A DNA stretch of 64,000 nucleotides, taken from positions 224,001 through 288,000 of the forward strand of contig CAVVCZ010000004.1 in assembly GCA_963746845.1 (NCBI GenBank), read 5' to 3'. The position numbers and the translations under genes are program-made. Under the pieces are notes generated by a model. That model did no database searches. It saw only the letters and a list, made by a program, of their open reading frames with translations, and was not told the origin of the DNA. Of this stretch, positions 18,914-28,902 are shown piece by piece; positions within the stretch are counted from its first letter, which is position 1, and each line of letters opens with the position of its first letter. This DNA comes from an uncultured Chloroflexia bacterium. GTDB lineage: Bacteria; Chloroflexota; Limnocylindria; Limnocylindrales; CSP1-4.

Positions 18914-20209
18914 TCAGACCGTCCGGAGCGCCTCGCCGAAGATCTCCACGGCCTCGCTGATCTCGGCCGAGGTGACGTCGATCGGCGCGATCCACCGGAT
19001 CACCTGACCGTTCGGGGCGCAAGTCAGGACCAGGAGCCCGAGGTCGGCCGCCCGCGCGATCAGCGCCTTTGCGAGCGCGCCGTCCGGCTCGCGGGTCTCG
19101 CGATCCTTCACCAGCTCCATGCCGATCATCAGGCCCGGCCCCCGCACGTCGCCGATCCGCGGCTCCTCCGCGGCGATCCGCTCCAGCCCGGCACGCAGCT
19201 CCTCCCCGCGCGCCGCGGCATTCTCGACCAGGCGCTCGCCGGCGATCGTCTCCAGGACCGCGATGCCGGCGGCGCACGCGACCGGATTGCCGCCGTACGT
19301 GGAGCCGTGGGCGCTCCGACCCCAGCGCTCCATGAGCGCGCGCGACGTCGCGATCGCCGAGAGCGGCAGGCCGTTCGCGATCGCCTTCGCGATGACCACG
19401 ATGTCCGGGACGATCCCGGCGTGCTCGAACCCCCACATCCGGCCCGTCCGGGCGTAGCCGGTCTGGACCTCGTCGGCGATCAGCAGGATCCCGTGCTGGT
19501 CGCACAGCCGGCGGAGACCCTGCAGGAAGGACGGGGCGGCCGGGTTGTAGCCGCCCTCGCCGCGCACGGGCTCGATGAGGATCGAACCCACGACGCTCGG
19601 CGCGATGACCGTCTGGAGGAGCGTGTCGAGGAACGACGAGGCCGCCGAGGCGGCCTCGTCGTCGCCCTCGAAGTCGGGGTAGGCGGCGGGATAGGGGGCG
19701 AAGTACACGCCCGGGACGAGCGGCTCGTAACCGGTCCGGTAGTTCAACGACGACGTGGTCACCGACATCGCCCCGAATGTCCGACCGTGGAAGCCGCCCC
19801 GGAACGCGATGATCCCCGGCCGGCCGGTCACGCGCCGGGCGAGCTTCAGGGCCCCGTCGATCGCCTCCGAGCCCGAGTTCAGGAACATCACGCTGTCGAT
19901 CGGGTCCGGCAGCGTCGCGGCGAGCATCGACGACAGCCGGACGACCGGCTCGCTGTAGCCCATCGCCCCGGTCGGGCCGATGAGCTTGTCCGCCTGCGCG
20001 TGGATCGCGGCGGTCACCGCCGGGTGGTGATGGCCCAGCGCCGTGACGGCGATCCCGTTCGCGAAGTCGAGGTAGGCGCGGCCGGCCGTGTCGTACAGGC
20101 GGTGGCCCTCGCCGTGGCTCCAGCTGCGCTCGAAATACCGCCCGAGGACGGGGGTCAGATGGTCGGCGGCCGCGGCCAGATCGAGGGGCATGGGGCTCGA
20201 GTCGGTCAT
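18914..20209 (-). CDS. Class III aminotransferase (4-aminobutyrate aminotransferase-like)
   Basis: NSGSEAI, FHGRT, IADEVQTGYARTG, IAKAIANG, HGSTYGGNP. Confidence 0.92.
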   Translation of the reverse strand: MTDSSPMPLDLAAAADHLTPVLGRYFERSWSHGEGHRLYDTAGRAYLDFANGIAVTALGHHHPAVTAAIHAQADKLIGPTGAMGYSEPVVRLSSMLAATLPDPIDSVMFLNSGSEAIDGALKLARRVTGRPGIIAFRGGFHGRTFGAMSVTTSSLNYRTGYEPLVPGVYFAPYPAAYPDFEGDDEAASAASSFLDTLLQTVIAPSVVGSILIEPVRGEGGYNPAAPSFLQGLRRLCDQHGILLIADEVQTGYARTGRMWGFEHAGIVPDIVVIAKAIANGLPLSAIATSRALMERWGRSAHGSTYGGNPVACAAGIAVLETIAGERLVENAAARGEELRAGLERIAAEEPRIGDVRGPGLMIGMELVKDRETREPDGALAKALIARAADLGLLVLTCAPNGQVIRWIAPIDVTSAEISEAVEIFGEALRTV

Positions 20210-20277
20210 CGCCCGAGTATGCGGTCTGCGCCCGCAACGATGGCGCGTGGGGCGTGGCGCGGGACTAGCATTCGGCC

Positions 20278-21495
20278 ATGGTCGACTTCACCCTGACCGA
20301 CGAGAACCGCCTCGTCCAGGGGGCCGCCCGCGCGTTCGCCGAGGCCGAGATCCTGCCGAACATCCGGCGCTGGGACGAGGACGGCGGCTTCCCCCGCGAG
20401 CTGTTCGCGAAGATGGCCGAGCAGGGCTTCCTCGGCGTGCCGATCCCCGAGACGTGGGGCGGCTCGGGCATGGACTACCTGAGCTTCGCGATCCTGTGCG
20501 AGGAGCTGGAGCGAGCCGACACGTCGTTCCGGGTCGTCCAGAGCGTCCATGTCGGGCTGAACTCGCTGGCGCTCCTGCAGTGGGCGACGGACGAGCAGAA
20601 GGCCCGCTGGCTCGTGCCGCAGGCGAGGGGCGAGAAGCTGGCGACGTTCGGGCTCACGGAGCCCGGGGCCGGCACGGACGCGGCGAACCTGGCCGCAACG
20701 GCACGGCGCGACGGTGACGCGTACCGGCTGAACGGCCAGAAGATCTGGATCAGCCTGGCCGACCTCGCCGACCACTTCCTCGTCTTCGCCTCGACCGACC
20801 GATCGAAGGGCTGGCGCGGGGTCAGCGCGTTCCTGCTCGAGCGCGGGATGCCCGGGCTGTCGACGGGCACGCTCCACGGCAAGCTCGGCATCCGGGCCGG
20901 CAACACCGGGTTGATCCATCTCGACGACGTCGTCGTGCCGGCCGAGCACCGGATCGGCGAGGAGGGCGAGGGCTTCCTGATCGCGATGAGCGCGATCGAC
21001 CAGGGCCGGTACACCGTGGCGGCGGGCGCGGTCGGGCTCGCGCAGGCGTGCCTGGACGCGTCGCTCGCGTATGCCAGGGAGCGCCAGACCTTCGGCGGGC
21101 CGATCGGCCGGCACCAGCTCGTCCAGCAGATGATCGCGAAGATGGCGGCGGGGACGGAGATCGGCCGGCTCCTCGTCTGGCGAGCCGGCTGGCTGAAGAA
21201 CCAGGGCCTCCGGAACACGCGCGAGACGTCGCTCGCGAAGTGGCACGCCACGGAGCATTCGGTCCAGTCCGCGCTGGATGCGATCCAGGTCCACGGCGCC
21301 AATGGCTACTCGAACGAGTTCCCCGTCGAGCGCTATCTGCGGAACGCCAAGGCCGCCGTGATCTACGAGGGCACGAGCCAGCTCCACACGATCATCCAGG
21401 CGGAGTACGCGCTTGGCTACCGCGAGGACAGGCCATTGCGCTGCGAGCCGCTGCCCGCCCAGGGCTGGGAGCGAACCGCCGCGAGGACATCGTGA
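20278..21495 (+). CDS. Acyl-CoA dehydrogenase
   Basis: FGLTEPGAGTD, LNGQKIWIS, QVHGANGY, IYEGTSQ. Confidence 0.93.
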   Translation: MVDFTLTDENRLVQGAARAFAEAEILPNIRRWDEDGGFPRELFAKMAEQGFLGVPIPETWGGSGMDYLSFAILCEELERADTSFRVVQSVHVGLNSLALLQWATDEQKARWLVPQARGEKLATFGLTEPGAGTDAANLAATARRDGDAYRLNGQKIWISLADLADHFLVFASTDRSKGWRGVSAFLLERGMPGLSTGTLHGKLGIRAGNTGLIHLDDVVVPAEHRIGEEGEGFLIAMSAIDQGRYTVAAGAVGLAQACLDASLAYARERQTFGGPIGRHQLVQQMIAKMAAGTEIGRLLVWRAGWLKNQGLRNTRETSLAKWHATEHSVQSALDAIQVHGANGYSNEFPVERYLRNAKAAVIYEGTSQLHTIIQAEYALGYREDRPLRCEPLPAQGWERTAARTS

Positions 21496-21704
21496 AGGCC
21501 ATCCCGTCCGACGGTCGCGAGCGCCTCCTGATCCTCGTCGCCGCGGTCCTCGCCGGCGCGACCGTGTTCGGGCTGTGGCACGTCGTCGTCGGCGGATTCG
21601 TGAACGGCAACGGGGCCGCGGCGGTCTTCGGGCTGGCGCTTGCCACGCTCGCGGGCGCGCTCCTGGTGGTGACGCTCGTGGTGCTTCGCCTGCTCCGTGG
21701 CTGA
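21492..21704 (+). CDS. Small two-TM membrane protein
   Basis: GTGA overlap with upstream gene and overlap with downstream start; two hydrophobic helices. Confidence 0.65.
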   Translation: MKAIPSDGRERLLILVAAVLAGATVFGLWHVVVGGFVNGNGAAAVFGLALATLAGALLVVTLVVLRLLRG

Positions 21705-23760
21705 TCCCGCGGCCTCGCCACCGCAGTTCGGCTGGTCCGCCGAGGACATGACCACGCTCGCGCAGCTCGCCGAGACGTTCGTGCGTGGCGGCTCCGGTCG
21801 CCGTGCGGACCTCGCGGCGGAGGCGCTCGTCCGGGCGGCCGATCCCGCCCAGGTCCGACAGCTCCGATTGGTCCTCCGTCTGTTCCAGTCGCGGCTCGTC
21901 AACCTGCTCCTGACCCGTCGGGCGACCGCCTTCCGCGACCTCTCGCCGCGCGACCGCGAGCGCTACCTGCTCGGCTGGGCCCACTCGCGGCTCGCCCTCC
22001 GGCGGTCGGCGTTCCAGGCCTTCGCCGGTCTGATGACCTTCCTGGCCTATGCCGATCCCGGGTCGCGCGAGGCGCCGAACCCTCTGCACGCGGCGATCGG
22101 CTACAGGCCGGAGCACCCTCCGGTCAGCGCGGATCGCACGACCGTCCGGCCGCTGTCCGTCGATGCCGGCGATGGGCCGGTGACGCTGGAGGCCGACGTC
22201 GTCGTGGTCGGGTCCGGGGCCGGCGGAGGCGTCGTCGCCGCGGAGCTGACCCGGGCCGGGCGTTCGGTCGTCGTCGTGGAGGCGGGCCCGTTCGTCGACG
22301 AGGCGACGATGCCGCCGGACGAGCTGGACGCCTACCGCCGGGTGTACCTCAACCACGGCCTGCTGACGACGTGGGACGGGTCGATCACGATGCTCGCGGG
22401 GACCGCGGTCGGTGGCGGCACGGTCGTGAACTGGATGACGAGCATCGCCGCGCCGCACGACGTCCGCGCCGAATGGGCCAGACGGCACGGGATCGACGGG
22501 ATCGACGGTCCGGAGTTCGACGCCGATGCCGTGGCGATCGAGAAGGACCTCGGGGTCAGCCGGTCGACGGTCATCCCGCCGAAGGACCAGGTGATCCTCC
22601 GCGGCGCCGGCATCCTCGGCTGGGAAGCGGCCCCGACGCGTCGGAACGCCCGGGACTGTGGCGACTGCGGGAGCTGTCCGTTCGGCTGCACACGCGGCGC
22701 GAAGCAGTCCGGGATCCGGGTCCATCTCGCCGCCGCGCATGCCGGCGGAGCGCGGATCGTCGAACGGGCGCGGGTCACGCGGATCCTGCGCGAGGGCGGC
22801 CGGGCCGTCGGCGTCGAGGCGAACCTGCTGCGCGTCGATCCGACGACGGGCGTTCCGGTGGCGGGTCCCGACGGGGACCCCCTCAAGCCGGCGACGCGGC
22901 AGCTGGTCGTCCGTGCGCCGCAGGTCGTCGTCGCGGCCGGCGCGCTTCGGACGCCGGCGATCCTCATCGAGTCCGGGCTCGACCACCCGGCCATCGGCCG
23001 GCATCTTCGGCTCCATCCGGTGCCCGTCGTGGCCGGCATCTTCGACGAGCCGATCGACATGTGGCTGGGGACGATGCAGGCCGCCCGGTCGCTCCAGTTC
23101 GCGACACCCGAGAAGGGCCGGAACGGCTACGCGATCGAGTCGGCGCCCGGTCATCCCGGCCTGATCGCGCTCGCGCTCCCGTGGGAGGGCACCGACGCGC
23201 ACGCCGACCTGTTGCGGACCATCCGCCGGGTCGCGCCGCTGATCGCGATCACACGGGACGGCGGCGAGGGGCGAGTGCGCCCGACGAAGGCCGGCCGGGT
23301 TCGCGTGGACTACCGCCTCGACGCGACGGGGATCGCGACGATGCGTCACGCGCTGGTGTCGATGGCCGAGATGGCCCGGGCGGCGGGAGCCCGCCAGGTC
23401 GTCGCGCTCGGAACGCCGCCGCAATGGCACGGCCGGGGCGGGTTCGCGGCCGGGCAGGAGGAGCGCCGGTTCGTCGTCTTCCAGGACGCGTTGCGCGCGT
23501 TCGACTTCGGGCCGAATCGGGGGAGCGTGTTCTCGGCCCACCAGATGGGCACGGTCCGGATGGGCGGCGCGATCGACGATCCGGCCGATCCCCACGGCCG
23601 GGTCCGGACGAAGGGCGGTGCGATCGTGCCGGGTCTCTACGTCGCCGACGGCTCGCTGTTCCCGACGGGTCTCGGCGTCAACCCGATGATCACGGTCATG
23701 GCGCTGGCGCGCCGGGTGGCCCGCACCGTCGCGGCGGAGGGCTCGGCCCGATCCGGGTGA
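21697..23760 (+). CDS. GMC oxidoreductase (long-chain alcohol oxidase-like)
   Basis: VVVGSGAGGG, GGGTVVNW, CGDCGSCPFGC, SAHQMGTVRMG, GVNPMIT. Confidence 0.9.
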   Translation: MADPAASPPQFGWSAEDMTTLAQLAETFVRGGSGRRADLAAEALVRAADPAQVRQLRLVLRLFQSRLVNLLLTRRATAFRDLSPRDRERYLLGWAHSRLALRRSAFQAFAGLMTFLAYADPGSREAPNPLHAAIGYRPEHPPVSADRTTVRPLSVDAGDGPVTLEADVVVVGSGAGGGVVAAELTRAGRSVVVVEAGPFVDEATMPPDELDAYRRVYLNHGLLTTWDGSITMLAGTAVGGGTVVNWMTSIAAPHDVRAEWARRHGIDGIDGPEFDADAVAIEKDLGVSRSTVIPPKDQVILRGAGILGWEAAPTRRNARDCGDCGSCPFGCTRGAKQSGIRVHLAAAHAGGARIVERARVTRILREGGRAVGVEANLLRVDPTTGVPVAGPDGDPLKPATRQLVVRAPQVVVAAGALRTPAILIESGLDHPAIGRHLRLHPVPVVAGIFDEPIDMWLGTMQAARSLQFATPEKGRNGYAIESAPGHPGLIALALPWEGTDAHADLLRTIRRVAPLIAITRDGGEGRVRPTKAGRVRVDYRLDATGIATMRHALVSMAEMARAAGARQVVALGTPPQWHGRGGFAAGQEERRFVVFQDALRAFDFGPNRGSVFSAHQMGTVRMGGAIDDPADPHGRVRTKGGAIVPGLYVADGSLFPTGLGVNPMITVMALARRVARTVAAEGSARSG

Positions 23761-23766
23761 GGGGCG

Positions 23767-24798
23767 CTACGCAGCCGCCGGTTCGTCGGTGGGCGACGCC
23801 GGTGTGCCCGCCCGGCCGGTCCGTCCCACGGGCTCCGCGGCCGGATGCTCCACCGACGGCATCCGGCTCCGCGCCAGGATGATCAGGGCCACACCGGCGA
23901 CGATGACGCCGCCCGCGACGAGCTGGACCGGCGACACGGACTCGGCAAGGATCAGCCAGCCGAGGAACACGGCGATCACCGGGTTGACGAACGCGTAGGT
24001 CGCGATCAGCGGCAGCGGCGCGTGCCGGAGCACCCAGGCGTAGGCGGTGAACGCGATCAGGCTGCCGACCGCGAAGAGATAGACGAACGCGGCGATCGAG
24101 GCGCCCGAGACGTCGGCCGGGTGGAAGGTCGCGAGCTCGCCCGACAGGACCGACACGATCGCGAGCACGAGGCTGCCCGACAGCATCTGCATGCCGGTCG
24201 TGACGAACGGGTCGCGCGGGAGGCGGGCGCGGTGCGCCGAGAACAGCGAGCCCGTGGACCAGGCGATCGGCGAGAGGATGAGGGCGGCCACGCCGGCCGG
24301 GTTGAGCGAGCCGTCGATCGCGATCCCGTGGCCGACCAGCAGGGCGACGCCGAACATGCCGGTGGCGATCCCGACGATCGCGACGCCGGGCAGCCGTTCG
24401 CCGAGGAAGACCCGCCCGAGCACGGCGATCCAGACCGGCATCATCGCGATCAGGACACCGGCGATCCCTGACGGGACCGTCTGCTCGCCCCAGGCGACCA
24501 GCCCCATGCCGCCGCCCATCAGGAGAGCGCCGATGATGAAGCTGTCGCGCCACTCGCGGCGGCTCGGCATGGGCACCTGGCCGCGCCGCAGGATCGCGAC
24601 GGCGGCGAGCATGACCGTTCCCGCGATCGCGAACCGGGCCGCCGCCATGACGAACGGGGGGATCGTCTCGATCGCGACCCGGATCCCGAGGTACGTCGAC
24701 CCCCAGACGACGTACAGGATCAGGATCGCGGTCCAGACGAGCACCGGCGACGCCGCGGTCCGGGGCAGGCTCACGCCGACGTCGGCCGTGGTTGGCAT
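23767..24798 (-). CDS. EamA/DMT family transporter
   Basis: LYVVWGSTYLGIR, TYAFVNPVIAVFLG; about 10 TM helices. Confidence 0.9.
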   Translation of the reverse strand: MPTTADVGVSLPRTAASPVLVWTAILILYVVWGSTYLGIRVAIETIPPFVMAAARFAIAGTVMLAAVAILRRGQVPMPSRREWRDSFIIGALLMGGGMGLVAWGEQTVPSGIAGVLIAMMPVWIAVLGRVFLGERLPGVAIVGIATGMFGVALLVGHGIAIDGSLNPAGVAALILSPIAWSTGSLFSAHRARLPRDPFVTTGMQMLSGSLVLAIVSVLSGELATFHPADVSGASIAAFVYLFAVGSLIAFTAYAWVLRHAPLPLIATYAFVNPVIAVFLGWLILAESVSPVQLVAGGVIVAGVALIILARSRMPSVEHPAAEPVGRTGRAGTPASPTDEPAAA

Positions 24799-24876
24799 AG
24801 TCGGCTGGTCCAAAGTACGAGGAGTGTACGACGCCCGCGCCGACAGCGCTACCCCCGTCTCGACCCGACTGCGTTC

Positions 24877-24989
24877 GTCGCGCCCGGGCGTCGAGGGCAA
24901 GGCGGAGCCGAGCACCGGAGCGAGCGGGCTTGAAGGCCCGTGAGCGAGGAGCAGAGGCTCCAACGCAGCCATCGGCGTTCGGGCGCGAC
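24877..24989 (+). repeat. Structured intergenic repeat element, copy 1
   Basis: Nested stems (18-bp outer stem with G-U pairs) and loops shared with copy 2 at 33258-33377. Confidence 0.8.
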
Positions 24990-24994
24990 AGCCT

Positions 24995-25795
24995 TCAGGC
25001 GACGGCGATGTTCCCGATCGGGCGGCAGTGGAGACACGGGCGGTAGCCGGCAGAGGATGCCGCCTTCGCCGATCCGAACGTCACGAGGTGGCGCTCCGTG
25101 ACCCGTCGCGCATCGCGGCAGGTCGGCATGCAGTAGATGCGCGTCGTGTCCGAGCCGAAGTAGCGGATCCCGGCCCGCGCCAGCGTCTCGAGCTCGTCCG
25201 GATCGGCGCCCTCCTCGGCGAGGATCGTCCGCTTGTTGTCCGGCCCGCCGAGCGAGTACTGGCCGATCGTCCCGTCGCTCCGCACGACGCGATGGCAGGG
25301 CACGATCAGCGGCACCGGGTTGTGGCCCAGCGCCGTTCCGACGGCCCGGACCGCCTTCGGTCGCCCGATCTCGGCGGCGATCCAGCCGTACGGCCGGACC
25401 TCCCCACGCGGAATCTCGAGCGCCTTCATCCAGACCGCCCGCTCGAACTCGGTCGAGCCGCGCAGGTCGAGGTCGATCCGGTTGTGTCGGTCGCCCGCCA
25501 GCCGTCGCCCGATCTTCCGGGCGAGGTCGTCCGGCAGCGTGTCGCGCCGGCGGGCGACGCGGCCCGTCCGGGCGTGGAAGCGGGTCTCGAAGGCCGCATC
25601 GTCGACCGCCTCCTCGACCGCGGACACGCCCCGGGCGTTCCAGGCCACGCGGAGCGGGCCGACGGGCGAGTCCATGACGGCATAGTCGTCCGCCAGGCCG
25701 ACCGCGACCAGCGTCGCGTGGGCGAGGCCCGGAGGTGCCGGCTCGCGGAGGCCGGCGAGCGAGGCCTCCAGCGTGGGTTCGTAGGTGTCGGTCAT
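24995..25795 (-). CDS. ogt: Methylated-DNA--protein-cysteine methyltransferase with C-terminal Ada metal-binding domain
   Basis: IVPCHRVV active site, AVRAVGTALGHNP; C-terminal IYCMPTC...AGYRPCLHCRP. Confidence 0.92.
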   Translation of the reverse strand: MTDTYEPTLEASLAGLREPAPPGLAHATLVAVGLADDYAVMDSPVGPLRVAWNARGVSAVEEAVDDAAFETRFHARTGRVARRRDTLPDDLARKIGRRLAGDRHNRIDLDLRGSTEFERAVWMKALEIPRGEVRPYGWIAAEIGRPKAVRAVGTALGHNPVPLIVPCHRVVRSDGTIGQYSLGGPDNKRTILAEEGADPDELETLARAGIRYFGSDTTRIYCMPTCRDARRVTERHLVTFGSAKAASSAGYRPCLHCRPIGNIAVA

Positions 25796-26364
25796 GCGGG
25801 GATCTCCTCGCGCTCGTGCCGCTCGGCGGCGAGGAGCGCTGTGCGCAGGGCGGCCAGTCCGCGGTGGACATGGGCCTTGACGGTGCCCTCGGGCCGGCCG
25901 GTCGCCTCGGCGATCTCGGCGTACGACAGCCCGTCGACGTGGCGGAGGACGACGGCCGTCCGCTGGGCCGGACTCAGACCGGCGAGCAGACGTGCCCAGG
26001 TCTCCCGTGCGTCGCGACGGGTGAGCGGGTCGTCGATGGGCTCGGCGCCGGGATCGAAGGCCAGCTCGGTGGTCGGAACCCGCCGGACGCGGGCGCGGTT
26101 GCGGCCGGCGTTCAGCAGGATCGTGGTGAGCCAGCCGCGGAGGCGCAGCTCGCGGATCCGGGCCGGCGGGTACGTGGCGAGCGCTCGGTAGGCCCGGACG
26201 AAGCAGTCCTGGACGAGATCCTCCGCCTCCTGCCGATCCCCGCCGGTCCGCCAGGCGATCGTGAAGAGGCGGTCCTGGTGGGCGAGCACGAGCGCCTCGA
26301 ACGCCCCGTCGAGGTCGGTCGCGAGACGAGCGGCGAGCGGTGCATCCGCTGTGGGTTCGTGCAT
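25792..26364 (-). CDS. ECF sigma-70 factor
   Basis: EAEDLVQDCFVRAY (sigma2), LSYAEIAEATGRPEGTVKAHVHRG (sigma4); ATGA coupling to ogt. Confidence 0.92.
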   Translation of the reverse strand: MHEPTADAPLAARLATDLDGAFEALVLAHQDRLFTIAWRTGGDRQEAEDLVQDCFVRAYRALATYPPARIRELRLRGWLTTILLNAGRNRARVRRVPTTELAFDPGAEPIDDPLTRRDARETWARLLAGLSPAQRTAVVLRHVDGLSYAEIAEATGRPEGTVKAHVHRGLAALRTALLAAERHEREEIPA

Positions 26365-26374
26365 CACATCCGAT

Positions 26375-26403
26375 TCAACACCCCCGTCCGACCCGGAGTT
26401 GCA
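26375..26403 (-). promoter_or_regulatory. ECF-type promoter (autoregulatory candidate)
   Basis: Minus strand TGCAAC-N17-TGTTGA just upstream of the ECF start. Confidence 0.5.
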
Positions 26404-26460
26404 CCCCGGCGACGCCGTCCGTCCGCCGAGAGCGGCATCCGTGCATGGCACAATCGGCCG

Positions 26461-27486
26461 ATGGGGCGAGCCGATCGGTTCGAGCTGCTGGCGGCGTCGG
26501 TCGCGGGGTTCTACGAGAGCTGGGCCATCTACCTCGGCCTGGAGCTCGGGCTGTTCGCCGCGATCGGTGATGCGGGGCCCGCGGGCATCGCGCCCGATGC
26601 GCTCGCGACCGCGACCGGTTGCCGGCCGGAGCCGGTCCGGGCGTGGGTCCGGGCGGCCCATGCCGCCGACCTCGTCATCCTCGACGGGGATCGGGTCCGG
26701 CTCCAGGACGACGTCGTCTCGGTGCTGCTCGACGACACGCACCCGGAGTTCCTCGGCGGCCAGTTCGTCGTGGCCGTCGTGTCGAGCCTCGACTACGCCG
26801 GTCTGGCCGAGTTCTTCCGGACCGGCCGGACGACGGGCGAGCGGCCGCCGCGCTTCCATCGGGCCATCGAATCGGTCACCGTCCAGGACATCGCGGTCTT
26901 CTTCCAGGAGGGCCTCGCCCAGCTCCCGGAGCTCGTCGCGACGCTCAGCCGGGGCGCTCGGGTCCTCGACGTCGCGTGCGGCGGCGGCAAGTGGCTGATC
27001 GCGATCGCCCGGCGCTTCCCGGCGACCGAGCTGGTCGGCGTGGAGTACGAGCCGGACTCGGTCGCGCGGGCGATGCGCCACGTGAGCGAGACCGGGCTCG
27101 GGCCACGGATCCGGATCGAGCCGCGGACGATCCCGGACATGCCGTTCCGTGAGCAGTTCGAGCTCGTCTACCTGCAGGACGCGCTCCACGAGCTGCCCGA
27201 GCCAGTCGAGTCGCTCCGGGCGTCATGGACGGCGGTCGCGCCCGGCGGCACGCTCGTCGTCCTCGAATGGTGCCTGCCGGAGGACACGGCGGACGGCCAG
27301 ACGCTCCAGGCCCAGCTCCTCTGGGGGATCCACATCGACGAGCTGTACCAGGGGACCCGGATGGAGACCCATTCCGGGTTCGCCCGGATGTTCGCCGCCG
27401 CCGGCGTCCCGGCGCCGACCGTCATCGACCTGCTGTCGGGCGCGACCCTGTTCGTCGCTCAGCGCGACGGCGGATCACCGCGCTGA
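26461..27486 (+). CDS. Class I SAM-dependent methyltransferase with N-terminal wHTH
   Basis: VLDVACGGG, LQDALHE; CACAAT-N6-ATG start context. Confidence 0.88.
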   Translation: MGRADRFELLAASVAGFYESWAIYLGLELGLFAAIGDAGPAGIAPDALATATGCRPEPVRAWVRAAHAADLVILDGDRVRLQDDVVSVLLDDTHPEFLGGQFVVAVVSSLDYAGLAEFFRTGRTTGERPPRFHRAIESVTVQDIAVFFQEGLAQLPELVATLSRGARVLDVACGGGKWLIAIARRFPATELVGVEYEPDSVARAMRHVSETGLGPRIRIEPRTIPDMPFREQFELVYLQDALHELPEPVESLRASWTAVAPGGTLVVLEWCLPEDTADGQTLQAQLLWGIHIDELYQGTRMETHSGFARMFAAAGVPAPTVIDLLSGATLFVAQRDGGSPR

Positions 27487-27493
27487 GCCTCGC

Positions 27494-27901
27494 CTACTGC
27501 ACGACGACGGTGTAGTCCTTCATCTGCGTCGGATGGATCGCACAGTGATAGGTGTACGTGCCGGGCGCGGTGAAGACCAGCATCGCGGTGGCCCCGCCGG
27601 CGATCGTCTTCGTGTCGCACGTGCCGCTGTCCATCGTCGCGCTGTGCGGCGTGCTGCCGTCCTGGTTCGACCAGGCGACGACGTCGCCGACCTTCGCCTG
27701 GACCGGCTGCGGCGCGAACTTGAAGTCCTTGATCGTGACGGTCGTGGCCGCGGCCCCGGCAGGCGCCGCGGCACAGGCCTGCGCTCCGCCTCCGCCGCCG
27801 GCCACGGAGGGCGCCGCAGCCGACGGCGTCGCCGCGCTGCTCGAACACGCGGCCAGCATCAGGATGGCAGCCAGGGCAGGAAGCACGGTGAGACGGCGCA
27901 T
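27494..27901 (-). CDS. Cupredoxin/plastocyanin-like lipoprotein
   Basis: Lipobox LAAC; PHSAT and YHCAIHPTQM type-1 copper ligands. Confidence 0.88.
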   Translation of the reverse strand: MRRLTVLPALAAILMLAACSSSAATPSAAAPSVAGGGGGAQACAAAPAGAAATTVTIKDFKFAPQPVQAKVGDVVAWSNQDGSTPHSATMDSGTCDTKTIAGGATAMLVFTAPGTYTYHCAIHPTQMKDYTVVVQ

Positions 27902-28014
27902 GACGGAGTCCTCCGGGAGGACCGGGCGACCGATGTGAAGCCGCTCGGATTGGGGCAGATATCGCATCGTACGCCCGGCCCGTCGGGGCGGTTTCTCGCG
28001 GGTATCGTTCGGCC

Positions 28015-28902
28015 ATGGTTGCCGAGGGCTCCCCGCTCCTCGCCCCGCCGAATGGCCGGCGGCGGCCCGCCGAGTTCTCGGCGTCCGACATCCGCTGGCT
28101 CGCGTGGCACGAGGCGCGCTCGCACGCGCTGATCGGCCGCGAGGTCCGGGACCTCGGCGACGGGTGGCTCCTCCACGATCCCACCGATCGAGAGCCGTTC
28201 TGGAACCGCCTCGCGGGCATCGCCTGGCCCGCCGAACCGGCCGCGTTCGACGCGCGTCTCGCGGAGATCCTCGCCCTGTTCGCCGGTCTCGACCGGATCC
28301 CCCATCTCTGGCCGTTCCCGGGCTTCGACGACCCGCCGGACCTCGTGGATCGGCTCGTCGCGTTCGGGTTCGAGGACCACGGGGGCGGCCTGATGATGGC
28401 GCTCGATGTCGATCGGGTCTCGGCGGATGCGATCGTCCTGCCGGACGCCGATGGCCGGCAGGTGTCGGTGGAGCGCGTCCATCGTGTGGCGGGCATCGAC
28501 GCCGAGGTCGCCGCCCGGGCCATCACGGACGTCCTCGTGACCTCCTTCGCGGTCGAGCCGGAACGGCGGCTCGCGATCGAGCTGGAGACCGTGCTCGGCC
28601 TCGAGACCGAGCCATATCACGCGATCATCGTCCGCGTCGACGGGCAGCCGGCCGCCGTGGCGCGAAGGACGTCGTTCGCCGGCGGGAGCTACCTCTCGTC
28701 GATCGGGACCGTTCCCGAGCTGCGCGGGCTGGGTCTCGGCCGTCTCGCGACCTCGCTCGCGATCGTCGACGCGATCGCGGACCGCTCGCTGCGGATCTAC
28801 CTCGGGGTGTTCGAGGACAACGACGTGGCGCAGCGGCTGTACGAGTCCCTGGGCTTCGAGCGGGTCGGCGGGGTGAACCCCGATCTCCTGCTGCGGCCGT
28901 GA
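28015..28902 (+). CDS. GNAT N-acetyltransferase
   Basis: IGTVPELRGLGLG, AQRLYESLGF. Confidence 0.88.
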   Translation: MVAEGSPLLAPPNGRRRPAEFSASDIRWLAWHEARSHALIGREVRDLGDGWLLHDPTDREPFWNRLAGIAWPAEPAAFDARLAEILALFAGLDRIPHLWPFPGFDDPPDLVDRLVAFGFEDHGGGLMMALDVDRVSADAIVLPDADGRQVSVERVHRVAGIDAEVAARAITDVLVTSFAVEPERRLAIELETVLGLETEPYHAIIVRVDGQPAAVARRTSFAGGSYLSSIGTVPELRGLGLGRLATSLAIVDAIADRSLRIYLGVFEDNDVAQRLYESLGFERVGGVNPDLLLRP

